From positions 312,901 through 376,900 of the forward strand of contig JACPDN010000005.1 of NCBI GenBank assembly GCA_016183985.1: 64,000 nt of DNA, given 5' to 3'. This DNA comes from Pseudomonadota bacterium (lineage in GTDB: Bacteria; Pseudomonadota; Alphaproteobacteria; Dongiales; Dongiaceae). The notes below the pieces were generated by a model. The model worked only from the letters and a program-made list of their open reading frames with translations. It had not been told where the DNA came from and ran no database searches. Both the position numbers and the translations under genes were made by a program. Every line of letters starts with the position of its first letter. Positions within the stretch are counted from its first letter, which is position 1. This document shows positions 26,824 through 35,628 of the stretch, piece after piece.

Positions 26824-27329
26824 GCTTCGATCGCATAGAGGCCGCATTCCTCGCCGGGGAGATTGAGTTTGCGCTCGAAGCGCAAGCCGGCGGCTTGCGC
26901 CGTACGGATCGATGCTTCATTCGCCGGATGAATGAGTGCGATGAGGCGCTGAAGACCCAGCACCTCAAACCCGTGGCGCACCAGGCCGCGCGCGATCTCA
27001 GCCCCAAGCCCCCTGCCCCAACGCGATTTGGCGAGAAGATAAGCGATCTCGATTTCGTTCGCCCCGTCGATCGCCCAGGGGATAAGGCCGCTGCGGCCGA
27101 CGAAGTCGCCGCTTTCTCTCTCAATCGTCGCCCATAGGCCGAGATGCGGATGCGCGGGATCACCGCCATTCACGAACCAATCAAGCTCGGCCTGCGTTTC
27201 GTCACGCGTCAATGTGCCTTCGGGGAAGTAGCGGCGGATTTCCGGATCGCGATAGAGTGCAAAGAGCGGCTCGAGATCGCCCGGCCGCAGGCGGCGCAGG
27301 ATGACTCGTTCTGTTTCCAGCACGGGCAT
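26820..27329 (-). CDS. RimJ/RimL-type GNAT N-acetyltransferase
   Basis: LETERVILRRL, EIEIAYLL, WGRGLGAE, HPANEASIR. Confidence 0.88.
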   Translation of the reverse strand: MPVLETERVILRRLRPGDLEPLFALYRDPEIRRYFPEGTLTRDETQAELDWFVNGGDPAHPHLGLWATIERESGDFVGRSGLIPWAIDGANEIEIAYLLAKSRWGRGLGAEIARGLVRHGFEVLGLQRLIALIHPANEASIRTAQAAGLRFERKLNLPGEECGLYAIEA

Positions 27330-27336
27330 GGCGGCC

Positions 27337-28413
27337 TCAGCCACGCACCAGCGACAGGTGGTTGTCCCACTGCAAGGGATCGAGGCGCAGGGCCTCCGGC
27401 CTGGCCACGATGCCTTCCACGCTGTCGACATGGATGGGCAAGCGCGCCCCATGGCCGGAACTCAGCAGGAAACCATATGGCTCCGGCCCACCGGCAACAC
27501 CACAGGTATCCGGCAGATCAATCGCGTCCACATACTCGCCCTCGGCAGTCCAGACGACAGCGAGGCCACCGCGCGGCGAGGTCGCGCAGATATAGGAGCC
27601 GCTGGGATCGGCAGCAATACTGCCGACATATCCCATCATGCGGCGATGAATATCTTGGGGCAGGTCGAGGAACGCAACCGAGCCTGACATATCGGCGATG
27701 AGCGCCAGAGGGCGCAGATCGGTTGCAAAATCCTGGTCCTGTACCCCACAGACGATGCGGCCGTCGGTGAGGCGCACTAAGTGACGCAGGGAGAGTGTTT
27801 CGTTGTCTTCGTCGAGCGCAACCTTGCCCTTCAGGGTACCGGTCGCGGCGTCAAGCCAGACGAGGCTGGATTCAATCGGGTCCGTGGCGTTGCGGTCGAG
27901 GATGCCGCCATTGCCGACGACCAGCGTCGCGGCGTCAGCCCAGAGCAATTCATGGGGTTCGATGCCTTGGCTCGTCCAGGTGGCGCTGACAGCGCCTGTC
28001 ATCACGTCATAGACGGCGACATGGCCGATCTGCGCCTTGCCCTCGCTTTGCGTGGTGTAGAGCCGCGCGCCGTCGCTTGAAAAAACGGCGTGGCCGTCAA
28101 AAGTACAGTTCGGTAATGGCGCCAAGCTCTGCCGCTGTGCGCCGGTTTCGAGATCGCAGATCAACGCGGCCGGCCCCGGCTTGCGACCGATAATGGCGCT
28201 GGCGTTGCGCGCCGCATCGGCAATCACATCATGCGCGCGCCAGTCGAGATCGCGGCGCCACAACTGCCGGCCGCTGTCACTGACCGCCATGGCGGCAAAC
28301 GCAACCTTGCCGCCCGCATTGTCGCCACAAGCAAGGAGATGCGCTGGGGTGACGCCTGGAAGATCCAACGCTCGCGCTCGGCGATTCAGGAAACGATCAA
28401 GAGCCATCGCCAT
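27337..28413 (-). CDS. DUF1513 domain beta-propeller protein
   Basis: FDGHAVFSSDGARLYTT, GIEPHELL, SLRHL, YVGSIAAD, ATSPRGG, WDNHL; start at 28413 or 28407. Confidence 0.82.
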   Translation of the reverse strand: MAMALDRFLNRRARALDLPGVTPAHLLACGDNAGGKVAFAAMAVSDSGRQLWRRDLDWRAHDVIADAARNASAIIGRKPGPAALICDLETGAQRQSLAPLPNCTFDGHAVFSSDGARLYTTQSEGKAQIGHVAVYDVMTGAVSATWTSQGIEPHELLWADAATLVVGNGGILDRNATDPIESSLVWLDAATGTLKGKVALDEDNETLSLRHLVRLTDGRIVCGVQDQDFATDLRPLALIADMSGSVAFLDLPQDIHRRMMGYVGSIAADPSGSYICATSPRGGLAVVWTAEGEYVDAIDLPDTCGVAGGPEPYGFLLSSGHGARLPIHVDSVEGIVARPEALRLDPLQWDNHLSLVRG

Positions 28414-29512
28414 CGAGCTCGTTGAAGCCGAGGGTGATGCCAACGGCCGGCGGTACCTGCTGGCGCAGGAGGTCGCGCAGCTGATTGACCTTTACGAGGA
28501 GACCGGTCACGGCCTTGCGCTTATCCTGATGGGTGATGTCGTCAGCGAAGTTGTCGCCCACGGCCTTTGCTGCCGCAATCGGCTCATCGAAAGCCTTCTC
28601 AAGATCGCCGCGGAGGCCGGCATGATCGGCCGGCAGTAGATCTGCATAGCCCCCGGATGCCAGCACGGAGCCCTTCGCTGTTTCAAGGTTGAGGGTGATA
28701 TTGCGGACCGAGCGACCGGAGCGCCATTGCTCGGCGGCCTTGGGCTTGGCGTTGGCGGCGTCGGCGCCACCCAGCGGCACGCCGAGCTTTTGCTCGGCCA
28801 CGATCTGGGTGATGGTCAGGAGATTGGTGTAGGACTGGGCCGTGCCTTCGGCCGGGCTAGCGGCGAAGGAATTGGCGGCCTTCGTGGGATCCTTGAGATT
28901 ATCGGCCCAGGTCGCCTGAGCTTCGACAGCGATCGTATGCAAATTCGCCGCAAGGGCGGAAACAATGGCGCGGCGGCGCTCCGCGCTGTCACCTTGCAAC
29001 AGCTCGGCGCCCTTATCCTCGCCATACAGGATGCGCTCCAGCGCCGGCAGCCCTTGCACGGCGACGCTGGCATGAGCGATCTGATCGAGCGCGAGCCCTT
29101 CCTTGCTTTTGCCGGCGAGCAATGCGCGGTACTGCTTGTCGACGACGTTGCGTCGCTCCGGCCAATAGGCGAAGCGTTCGGAACGCTGGCCTTGCGCCAG
29201 CGCGCCGATGCGGAATTGCTGGGCAGAGGCCCAGGCATCGGCGACGCCATGGAAGCCCTGCTTGACCGCATCGAGGCCGGCGGCGTCAGGCCGCGTCGCA
29301 AAGGCATCCGCCGTCTTGGCGAACGCATCCGTCACGGTGACGAGCTTATCGAAAGCGGGCAACACGATCTTGGCGCCGAAAGCGGCATTGAAGGCGCCGA
29401 AATCTGGGCCGGCGGCGCTCGCCGGACGCGCTGCCGCCGATACCATGCTGGCCGCGATCAAAGCGGCCAAGGTCTGTCGGCGGGAGATTTTGTCGTTGGG
29501 CTGGTCTGTCAT
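28397..29512 (-). CDS. Imelysin-like protein with Tat signal
   Basis: SRRQTL Tat motif; ERFAYWPERRN, VAVQGLPALERILY, AEQWRSGRS, LGFNELDGD. Confidence 0.85.
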   Translation of the reverse strand: MTDQPNDKISRRQTLAALIAASMVSAAARPASAAGPDFGAFNAAFGAKIVLPAFDKLVTVTDAFAKTADAFATRPDAAGLDAVKQGFHGVADAWASAQQFRIGALAQGQRSERFAYWPERRNVVDKQYRALLAGKSKEGLALDQIAHASVAVQGLPALERILYGEDKGAELLQGDSAERRRAIVSALAANLHTIAVEAQATWADNLKDPTKAANSFAASPAEGTAQSYTNLLTITQIVAEQKLGVPLGGADAANAKPKAAEQWRSGRSVRNITLNLETAKGSVLASGGYADLLPADHAGLRGDLEKAFDEPIAAAKAVGDNFADDITHQDKRKAVTGLLVKVNQLRDLLRQQVPPAVGITLGFNELDGDGS

Positions 29513-29523
29513 GGAACGCACTT

Positions 29524-31026
29524 TCACAGACTGGAGAGAAATGAAATCAGCGCCTGCCGGTCGTTCGCCGACAGATTGGCAACATGATCGCGCGCCGGCA
29601 AGGCTTCACCACCATGCCACAGGATAGCTTCAAGGATATTGCGCGCACGGCCATCATGCAGCAGGGCGCCCTGGCCTTGATGATCGACAGCCCAACGCAA
29701 GCCCCAGAGCGGTGCCGTGCGCCATTCACGACCCTCTGCCTGATCTTCAATGAGGTCTTCGGCAAGACCATCGCCCATGTCATGAAGCAGCAGGTCCGTA
29801 TAGGGTGAAATATGCCGTTTCATTGCAGCGCCCTTCGGCCATTCGATGTCATAGCCGGGGTGGTGGCAGGCCTGGCATCCCGCAGCGGCAAAGACGGCGC
29901 GGCCTTTTTCGAGTGTCGCGGCATCCGCCAGCGGCTTGGGGCCGGCCGGCAAAACAGCCTCTGCCACGAAACGGTCGAGAACCTTGACCAGAGTGCTGGT
30001 CACTTCCAGATCCTCGAATTGCGGCGAGGCACCGCTGGGCGCTGCGCGGCAGGCAGTCTGGCGCGCCGTGCATTCGCCATAGGCATCCGGGAAAAGTGGT
30101 GTGGAGAGTCCCATGTCGGCAAAGAAGGCGTGCGAATTCTGCGCCTCGAGGCTCGGCATGATGGCCTTCCAGCCAAAGCGGCCGAAGGTTTTTTGCTCGG
30201 CATCCAGCCAATGGACGCGGCCGGAAACACCATCACCATCCTTGTCGTCCGGATCGGCCAGGGCCATGATCGCCTTTGCCGGAATACTGTCGAGCGGTCC
30301 CATGCCATGGATCGCGGGCGCAAGCCTAAGCCCCGTGACAGTATCGGGTGCCAAGGGGCCAGCAGCCATATCGTGGAGCGTCACCGTCGGCCGACGCAGC
30401 GTGACGATGGTGCCGTCAGCGAGCTTGGTTTGGGAGAGCGCATCGTCGAGCGTAAACCCGCCTTCACGCGGAACACCGCGCGCGGCTTCAGTCTGCAACT
30501 GTCGGCCATAGACAGGATCTGCAGCGCCGTCTTTTCGAGCGCCCAGGCGCACAAGCAGCGAAGGGCTGAGCGAGCCATCCTTATTGACCAGCGTGCCATG
30601 TGCGCCGCCGGGGTGACAGGCAGCACAAGAGCGTGCATTGAACATCGGCCCCAGACCATCGGCCGCCTCGGTCGAAGACGGTGCCGACACCCAGATGCGC
30701 TCGAAGATCGACTGGCCGATGACATTCTCCATCCGTGCTACGGCGTCGTCGCCGAGCGCCGGATCGCGGAGGACTTTCACGACGCGGCGCGGCTTGGTTG
30801 CCTCGTCGGCGGGTGCCAGAAGCGCTCCGGCAGTAAGGACAGTGAAAAAGATGGCAGAGCCGAGGATGACAGCCCCCCACCCCGAAGGCGAACGCCGATC
30901 TTCGTTGGCGGGCCTCCCCCTGAAGAGAGAGGGTTTAGGACGAGATGGACGGTGCATGAAAACCCCTCGCCCTTCAGGGGGAGGAGTTGTGGTGGGGGGT
31001 GGTGCCGTATCAGGGTTAGGCGACAC
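29524..31026 (-). CDS. Di-haem oxidoreductase (DHOR-family) c-type cytochrome
   Basis: DGLGPMFNARSCAACH, DPDDKDGDGVSGR, GRFGWKA, GCQACH, YTDLLLHDMG, WRTAPLWG, LLHDGRAR; start GTG 31026 or ATG 30957. Confidence 0.9.
   Translation of the reverse strand: MSPNPDTAPPPTTTPPPEGRGVFMHRPSRPKPSLFRGRPANEDRRSPSGWGAVILGSAIFFTVLTAGALLAPADEATKPRRVVKVLRDPALGDDAVARMENVIGQSIFERIWVSAPSSTEAADGLGPMFNARSCAACHPGGAHGTLVNKDGSLSPSLLVRLGARKDGAADPVYGRQLQTEAARGVPREGGFTLDDALSQTKLADGTIVTLRRPTVTLHDMAAGPLAPDTVTGLRLAPAIHGMGPLDSIPAKAIMALADPDDKDGDGVSGRVHWLDAEQKTFGRFGWKAIMPSLEAQNSHAFFADMGLSTPLFPDAYGECTARQTACRAAPSGASPQFEDLEVTSTLVKVLDRFVAEAVLPAGPKPLADAATLEKGRAVFAAAGCQACHHPGYDIEWPKGAAMKRHISPYTDLLLHDMGDGLAEDLIEDQAEGREWRTAPLWGLRWAVDHQGQGALLHDGRARNILEAILWHGGEALPARDHVANLSANDRQALISFLSSL
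30912..31005. repeat. Inverted pair of CCTCCCCCTGAAG-type palindromic repeats inside the 5' end of the DHOR ORF
   Basis: Minus CCCCCCACCACAACTCCTCCCCCTGAAGGGCGAGGGG (~31000-30964) and plus CCTCCCCCTGAAGAGAGAGGG (30913-30933); same family as 5161-5275. Confidence 0.65.
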
Positions 31027-32515
31027 GATAGATTCCCATCATGCCGGTTTCCTGGTGTTCGATGATATGGCAGTGGATCATCCAGTCGCCGGGATTGTCC
31101 GCCACAAAGGCCACCTTCACGCGCTCCTTCGGGGCGACAATCGTCGTATCGGCCCAATGCGGCACGACATCGCCCTTGCTGGAGCCGATCACCTTGAATG
31201 TATGGCCGTGAAGATGCATCGGGTGGATGTGCGGTGTTTGGTTGATGATCTCGACGATATAGGTCTTGCCCCGCTGAAACGTGACGAGCGGTGGCGGCAG
31301 CACTTCATGAGACGCGCTCGGCCAGGGCTGGCCGTTGAGGGCCCAGAACGTTTTCGGCGTCAGGCACAAGGCATCGGCATAGCGCAAGGTCGAGCCATCC
31401 GGCAGGACAAGATCGGGTGGCAGATCGGCCGGTACTGAGCTTGCACTGAGACGCAACTGAAATGTCTCGGCATTTTCGATCTGCGGTTCGGGAATGCGCG
31501 CCGGCTTCAATGCTGCCGGAACGAAATCCGGTCTATCGAGTGCAGCGCCGTCGGCCTCCAGTTCCGCCATGACGATCGGTTGTGCGGAATAGTAATTGAC
31601 GAGCTGGACGCGGGTGCCCGCCATCTTCGGCATGCGCAATGTGAGGTCAGCGCGCATAGCCGGGCCGAGGCGCCATGATTTCAGTTTTTGCGGCGGCAAT
31701 GGATTGCCGTCTGTGGCGATCACCCAGGCGTCGGCACCGGTGACACCGAGATCGACCACCCGCGACATGTCGACATTCAGGAAGCGCACGCGGATATCGC
31801 CACCTGCTGGTACTTTGAAGACCGGCTGCACTTCATCGTTGATGGTACGATGATCGCCGAATGTCCCGGCCTTGCTGGCACCGGCATCGGTCGTCAATAG
31901 CTGATATTTGCCCGCGACGTCGATGCGCCAGTCGCGATAGACGCAGACAAGATCATGATCATGCGGCCGCACTTCATCGCCCTCGACAATGAGAATGCCG
32001 GCAAGACCGTGACCCAGCTGTTCGACCGTGTTGCAATGGGGATGAAAGAAGAACGTGCCGGTGTCGGGTGGCTGAAGGCGATAGGTGAAGCTTTCCCCCG
32101 GCATCACCGGCGGTTGGGTCAGATATGGAACACCATCCATCGCATTGGGCACGCGGATGCCATGCCAGTGAATCGTCGTGTGCTCCTGAAGGCGATTGGC
32201 AAGTGTCGCCTCCAGCCATTCGCCTTGCTGAAGGCGAATGATGGCCGGTCCCTCGGTATAGCCGAGCGTATCGGTCGGCGGTGCCGGCGGTGCCGCGAGT
32301 TGCCGCGATTGCCGGATGGCCGTCAAATTCGCCTTGTGCACTTTTGCATCCGAAGGTATGGCCGGCGCCGGCGGATAGCTTTGGCCAGCACCCTTTCCCG
32401 CCTGCGCAAACGCATTGCCGCCAGCATAGCCAAAGCCGGCGCTCAGAACGACGCCGCCGAGCGAGAGGATCACTCGGCGGCGGTTGATTGGGCCTTGGCC
32501 CGGAAATCCTGACAT
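31016..32515 (-). CDS. Multicopper oxidase with Tat signal
   Basis: NRRRVIL; HWHG, FFHPH, HPMHLHGH, WMIHCHIIEHQETGMM copper motifs all intact. Confidence 0.93.
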   Translation of the reverse strand: MSGFPGQGPINRRRVILSLGGVVLSAGFGYAGGNAFAQAGKGAGQSYPPAPAIPSDAKVHKANLTAIRQSRQLAAPPAPPTDTLGYTEGPAIIRLQQGEWLEATLANRLQEHTTIHWHGIRVPNAMDGVPYLTQPPVMPGESFTYRLQPPDTGTFFFHPHCNTVEQLGHGLAGILIVEGDEVRPHDHDLVCVYRDWRIDVAGKYQLLTTDAGASKAGTFGDHRTINDEVQPVFKVPAGGDIRVRFLNVDMSRVVDLGVTGADAWVIATDGNPLPPQKLKSWRLGPAMRADLTLRMPKMAGTRVQLVNYYSAQPIVMAELEADGAALDRPDFVPAALKPARIPEPQIENAETFQLRLSASSVPADLPPDLVLPDGSTLRYADALCLTPKTFWALNGQPWPSASHEVLPPPLVTFQRGKTYIVEIINQTPHIHPMHLHGHTFKVIGSSKGDVVPHWADTTIVAPKERVKVAFVADNPGDWMIHCHIIEHQETGMMGIYRVA

Positions 32516-32594
32516 CAGTCGCAAGATCCCATCCTGCGATCGTCCTCGGGCGTTATGCTCAGTTGGGCACCCAGATGGGCGATCTATCGCCTTA

Positions 32595-33878
32595 TTACTG
32601 GCCCACGGCCGAAGGATTGTCGAGGCTGTCCGAACCCTCGACGGTGATCTTGAGACCAAGTGCCGTAACGGCGGCCTCGACCGCATGGGCCTGTGCCACG
32701 AGCGTCGTCACCACGTTGTCGACAATTTTGTTTCCCTCCGGATTGTCCGCGCCGATCATCTGATCATAAGATTCCTTGCCGCTGTCGGCACGCTTCTTCA
32801 TGGCGGTCATGGCGACGCTGGTGTCTTTCAGCGCGCCTTCGACGCGCTTGCTGACCTTCTTGTCCTTCGCAGCGACCAGATCCTTCACGCTGGCACCCTT
32901 CACGACCGTGCCATCGAGGCGCTTATAGGTACCGTGATAGATATCGACCATGCCTTCCTGGTCGTAGTAGTGCGAGTTGTGCGTGTTGTCGCTGAAGCAA
33001 TCATGTTCCTCTTCCGGATCATGGAGCATGAGGCCGAGCTTGGTGCGCTCGCCGGCAAGCTCACCATAGGACAGGCTGCCAAGGCCGGTGAGGATACCGG
33101 TGATACCTTCATTGGCATCACCTTTCAGCAGGCGCTGACGTGCGGCGCCGTCCTGGGTCCAGATGGCATGCATCTGGCCGAGGTCTTCGATGAGGAGATC
33201 GGTCGCGGCCTTCAGATAAGCGGCGCGGCGATCGCAATTGCCGTTGCTGCAGTTCTTGGTGTCGTAATCGGTCGCCGGACGGTTGCCAGCGCCCGGACCC
33301 GTCCCGTTGAGATCCTGGCCCCAGAGCAGGAACTCGATGGCGTGATAGCCGATCGCGACATTGGCTTCGTTCTCGCCCACTTCCTGCAGAGATTGCAGCA
33401 GCTTCTTGTCGATGACGGAGGCGTCGACCTTATCGGCACCGATCTGGATCTCTTTATTCGCGATCACGTTCAGCGCGTAGAACGGGTTGCTGTCGGAGGT
33501 CTCGCCATAGGACGACTTGTCGACGTAATCGATGAGGCCTTCGTCGAGCGGCCAGGCGTTGACGAGACCTTCAAGGTCGTCGACTTCAGGATTGCCAAAG
33601 CGGAAGCCTTCGGTGCGCATATAGGCTGGGCGGGAGTCAATCCAGGCCTTGCGCGCCGCCTTGAGGTTCGCATCGGTCGGTTCGGCAATCAGCTTGTCGA
33701 CGGCCTTCTGCAAGTCACCCGCGGAGGCGATCGCATCCCCATACATCGCTTCGGCAATATCGGCGTAGTTGGTGAGCACGGCCTTGGCGTCCGGCGCCTT
33801 GGCGTCAGCCATACCCGCGAATGCGCTGAGCCCCATGATCACGGCGGAGCCCGCCAGAATTTTGCGACCTTTGGTCAT
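32595..33878 (-). CDS. Imelysin-family iron-regulated protein (IrpA-like)
   Basis: Signal peptide; NAWPLDEGLIDYV, GYHAIEFLLWGQDL, GELAGER, EEHDCFSDNTH. Confidence 0.9.
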   Translation of the reverse strand: MTKGRKILAGSAVIMGLSAFAGMADAKAPDAKAVLTNYADIAEAMYGDAIASAGDLQKAVDKLIAEPTDANLKAARKAWIDSRPAYMRTEGFRFGNPEVDDLEGLVNAWPLDEGLIDYVDKSSYGETSDSNPFYALNVIANKEIQIGADKVDASVIDKKLLQSLQEVGENEANVAIGYHAIEFLLWGQDLNGTGPGAGNRPATDYDTKNCSNGNCDRRAAYLKAATDLLIEDLGQMHAIWTQDGAARQRLLKGDANEGITGILTGLGSLSYGELAGERTKLGLMLHDPEEEHDCFSDNTHNSHYYDQEGMVDIYHGTYKRLDGTVVKGASVKDLVAAKDKKVSKRVEGALKDTSVAMTAMKKRADSGKESYDQMIGADNPEGNKIVDNVVTTLVAQAHAVEAAVTALGLKITVEGSDSLDNPSAVGQ

Positions 33879-33946
33879 TTGCCCCTCTTTAGAATGCGAA
33901 TGGAAATGCGAAGCATGTGCAGCTTCTAGCCCATGCCGTCGCACTT

Positions 33947-33961
33947 TGCAACTAATTCGCA
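33947..33961. promoter_or_regulatory. Fur-like 7-1-7 palindrome upstream of the imelysin operon
   Basis: TGCAACTAATTCGCA; further ATGCGAA repeats at ~33894-33912. Confidence 0.5.
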
Positions 33962-33999
33962 TTTACATAAGATTGGGTTTCCTGAGGCCGGTAGAACCC

Positions 34000-34560
34000 T
34001 TAAGCGGCCTTGGCTTCCTTGGCCTGGAGGCTGGTCATGCGCTCGATCTCCGACCAGGACGCACGAACGGCCTGATCCGCCTCCGGGCTGCTCTCTTTGC
34101 GCATGTATTCTCGCAAGCCCCGGTGGAAACTGCGGATGTGCTTGTCGACCTCGAGCTTGTGGCGGCGCAGGAAGTCACGACGGAACAGGATGCGCTTGAT
34201 GAGATCGAGGGACATATCCTCGTCCTGCACGGAACTGACAATCGCAAACGCCGCGCTCACCAGCGCAAAACGTTGTGCGGCCTCGTTCTGCATCTCGTAG
34301 AGCGCATCGAGGTTGTGGGCCTCCTGCTTGCCCTCCTTCTCGGCGATCAGCTCGGCCATCATGTGAGCTGAGGTCTGGTGCATGCGCTCGTTGTATTCGA
34401 ACTCCAGGGCCATCACGGCCTGCTCGGCGCGCTTCACTTCCTCATAGGCGAGATCGAGCTCGACCTTTGCTTCCTCGATGAGATGATGCCGCCTGATCGC
34501 CAACCGGAACTGCTCCTCGCTCGGGACGGCCGTATCTGGGGCCGAAGCCAGGAGCAGCAT
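34000..34560 (-). CDS. Hypothetical coiled-coil protein (186 aa)
   Basis: Glu/Arg/Ala-rich helical protein with genome-typical codons; no family recognised. Confidence 0.7.
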   Translation of the reverse strand: MLLLASAPDTAVPSEEQFRLAIRRHHLIEEAKVELDLAYEEVKRAEQAVMALEFEYNERMHQTSAHMMAELIAEKEGKQEAHNLDALYEMQNEAAQRFALVSAAFAIVSSVQDEDMSLDLIKRILFRRDFLRRHKLEVDKHIRSFHRGLREYMRKESSPEADQAVRASWSEIERMTSLQAKEAKAA

Positions 34561-34572
34561 GCCAGCAGGCTG

Positions 34573-34587
34573 TTAAAGCGAAGTTAA
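34573..34587. promoter_or_regulatory. CtrA-type box TTAA-N7-TTAA
   Basis: TTAA AGCGAAG TTAA, 13 bp upstream of the 34560 start. Confidence 0.6.
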
Positions 34588-34615
34588 GTACCGCCTGCTA
34601 AGCCCCTGAGCAGGA

Positions 34616-35548
34616 TCAATATCCTTTTCGGACATCCACTTGGTTGACGAGCGGCCTGCCGGCCATGGCGCGGCGGTAATTTTCCAGAATGTCATCGGCA
34701 CCCGTGCCGGCCCGTGTGATCGCAGCAACATGCGGTGTGAGCGTGATCTGTGGGTGGCGCCAGAAAGGATGCGGTTCCGGCAGGGGCTCCTCCCGAAAAA
34801 CATCAAGAATTGCGCGGCGAATGCGCCCACTGGCCAGCGCCGCCAGCAAATCCCCCTCATTGAGCTGAGCACCACGGCCGACATTGATCAGGACAGCACC
34901 ATCCGGCAGATGCCCGAAGAGCTTGGCATCGAGAATATTCTCCGTCTCGGCGGTGAGCGGCAGTAGGCAGATCAGAATATCGAGGTCGCCGAGAAAGGCC
35001 GGCAAGTTCTCCGCACCGCCAAAGCTCCGGATCCCCCCGCCGGCCTCTTTCATCGACCGGCTCCATCCACGGACGGAAAAGTCGAGACCATCGAGCTTAC
35101 GCGCGATATCGGTGCCAAGCGTCCCCAGGCCTAAAATACCAACACGGCAATCCTTGGCGAGGCGCGGCATTGTCTCGAGCCAGCAGGCGTCACGTTGGGC
35201 TTTGCGCAGTTCCGCTCCGCGCCGCCATTCATCGAGCACCTGGTAGACGACGAACTCCGTCATGCTGCCGGTGAGCCCCCGATCGACCATGCGTGCGATC
35301 GGCACACCCTGCGGCAGCCCCTGCGAGCGGAGCAAGTGATTGACCCCCGCCCAGGTGGACTGGATCGCCTTAAGTTTGGGAAAAACCGATAAGTCTCCCG
35401 GCGAACGGCCGCCGACGATGACGAAATCGACCGTCGCCGGGTCGCCCCAATCCGGCCAGAAGCGAATATCGAGCGACGGGTCGAGCACACGCAGAGAATC
35501 CGTCCATTGCGCCGCTTCGTCGGCCTCCGCCGCATAGAGAATAGTCAT
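34616..35548 (-). CDS. ghrA: Glyoxylate/hydroxypyruvate reductase A-like 2-hydroxyacid dehydrogenase
   Basis: WAGVNHL, GILGLGTLG, VRGWSRS, LLPLTAET, INVGRG, LDVFREEPL, TPHVAA; start at MTILY. Confidence 0.88.
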   Translation of the reverse strand: MTILYAAEADEAAQWTDSLRVLDPSLDIRFWPDWGDPATVDFVIVGGRSPGDLSVFPKLKAIQSTWAGVNHLLRSQGLPQGVPIARMVDRGLTGSMTEFVVYQVLDEWRRGAELRKAQRDACWLETMPRLAKDCRVGILGLGTLGTDIARKLDGLDFSVRGWSRSMKEAGGGIRSFGGAENLPAFLGDLDILICLLPLTAETENILDAKLFGHLPDGAVLINVGRGAQLNEGDLLAALASGRIRRAILDVFREEPLPEPHPFWRHPQITLTPHVAAITRAGTGADDILENYRRAMAGRPLVNQVDVRKGY

Positions 35549-35628
35549 CTTATTTCCCGCCCGCCCCTTGACTCGCAGTCTGCCCGCTTGGCATGACCGG
35601 ATGGCATAGCAGCCAAAGGGAGCAGTGA

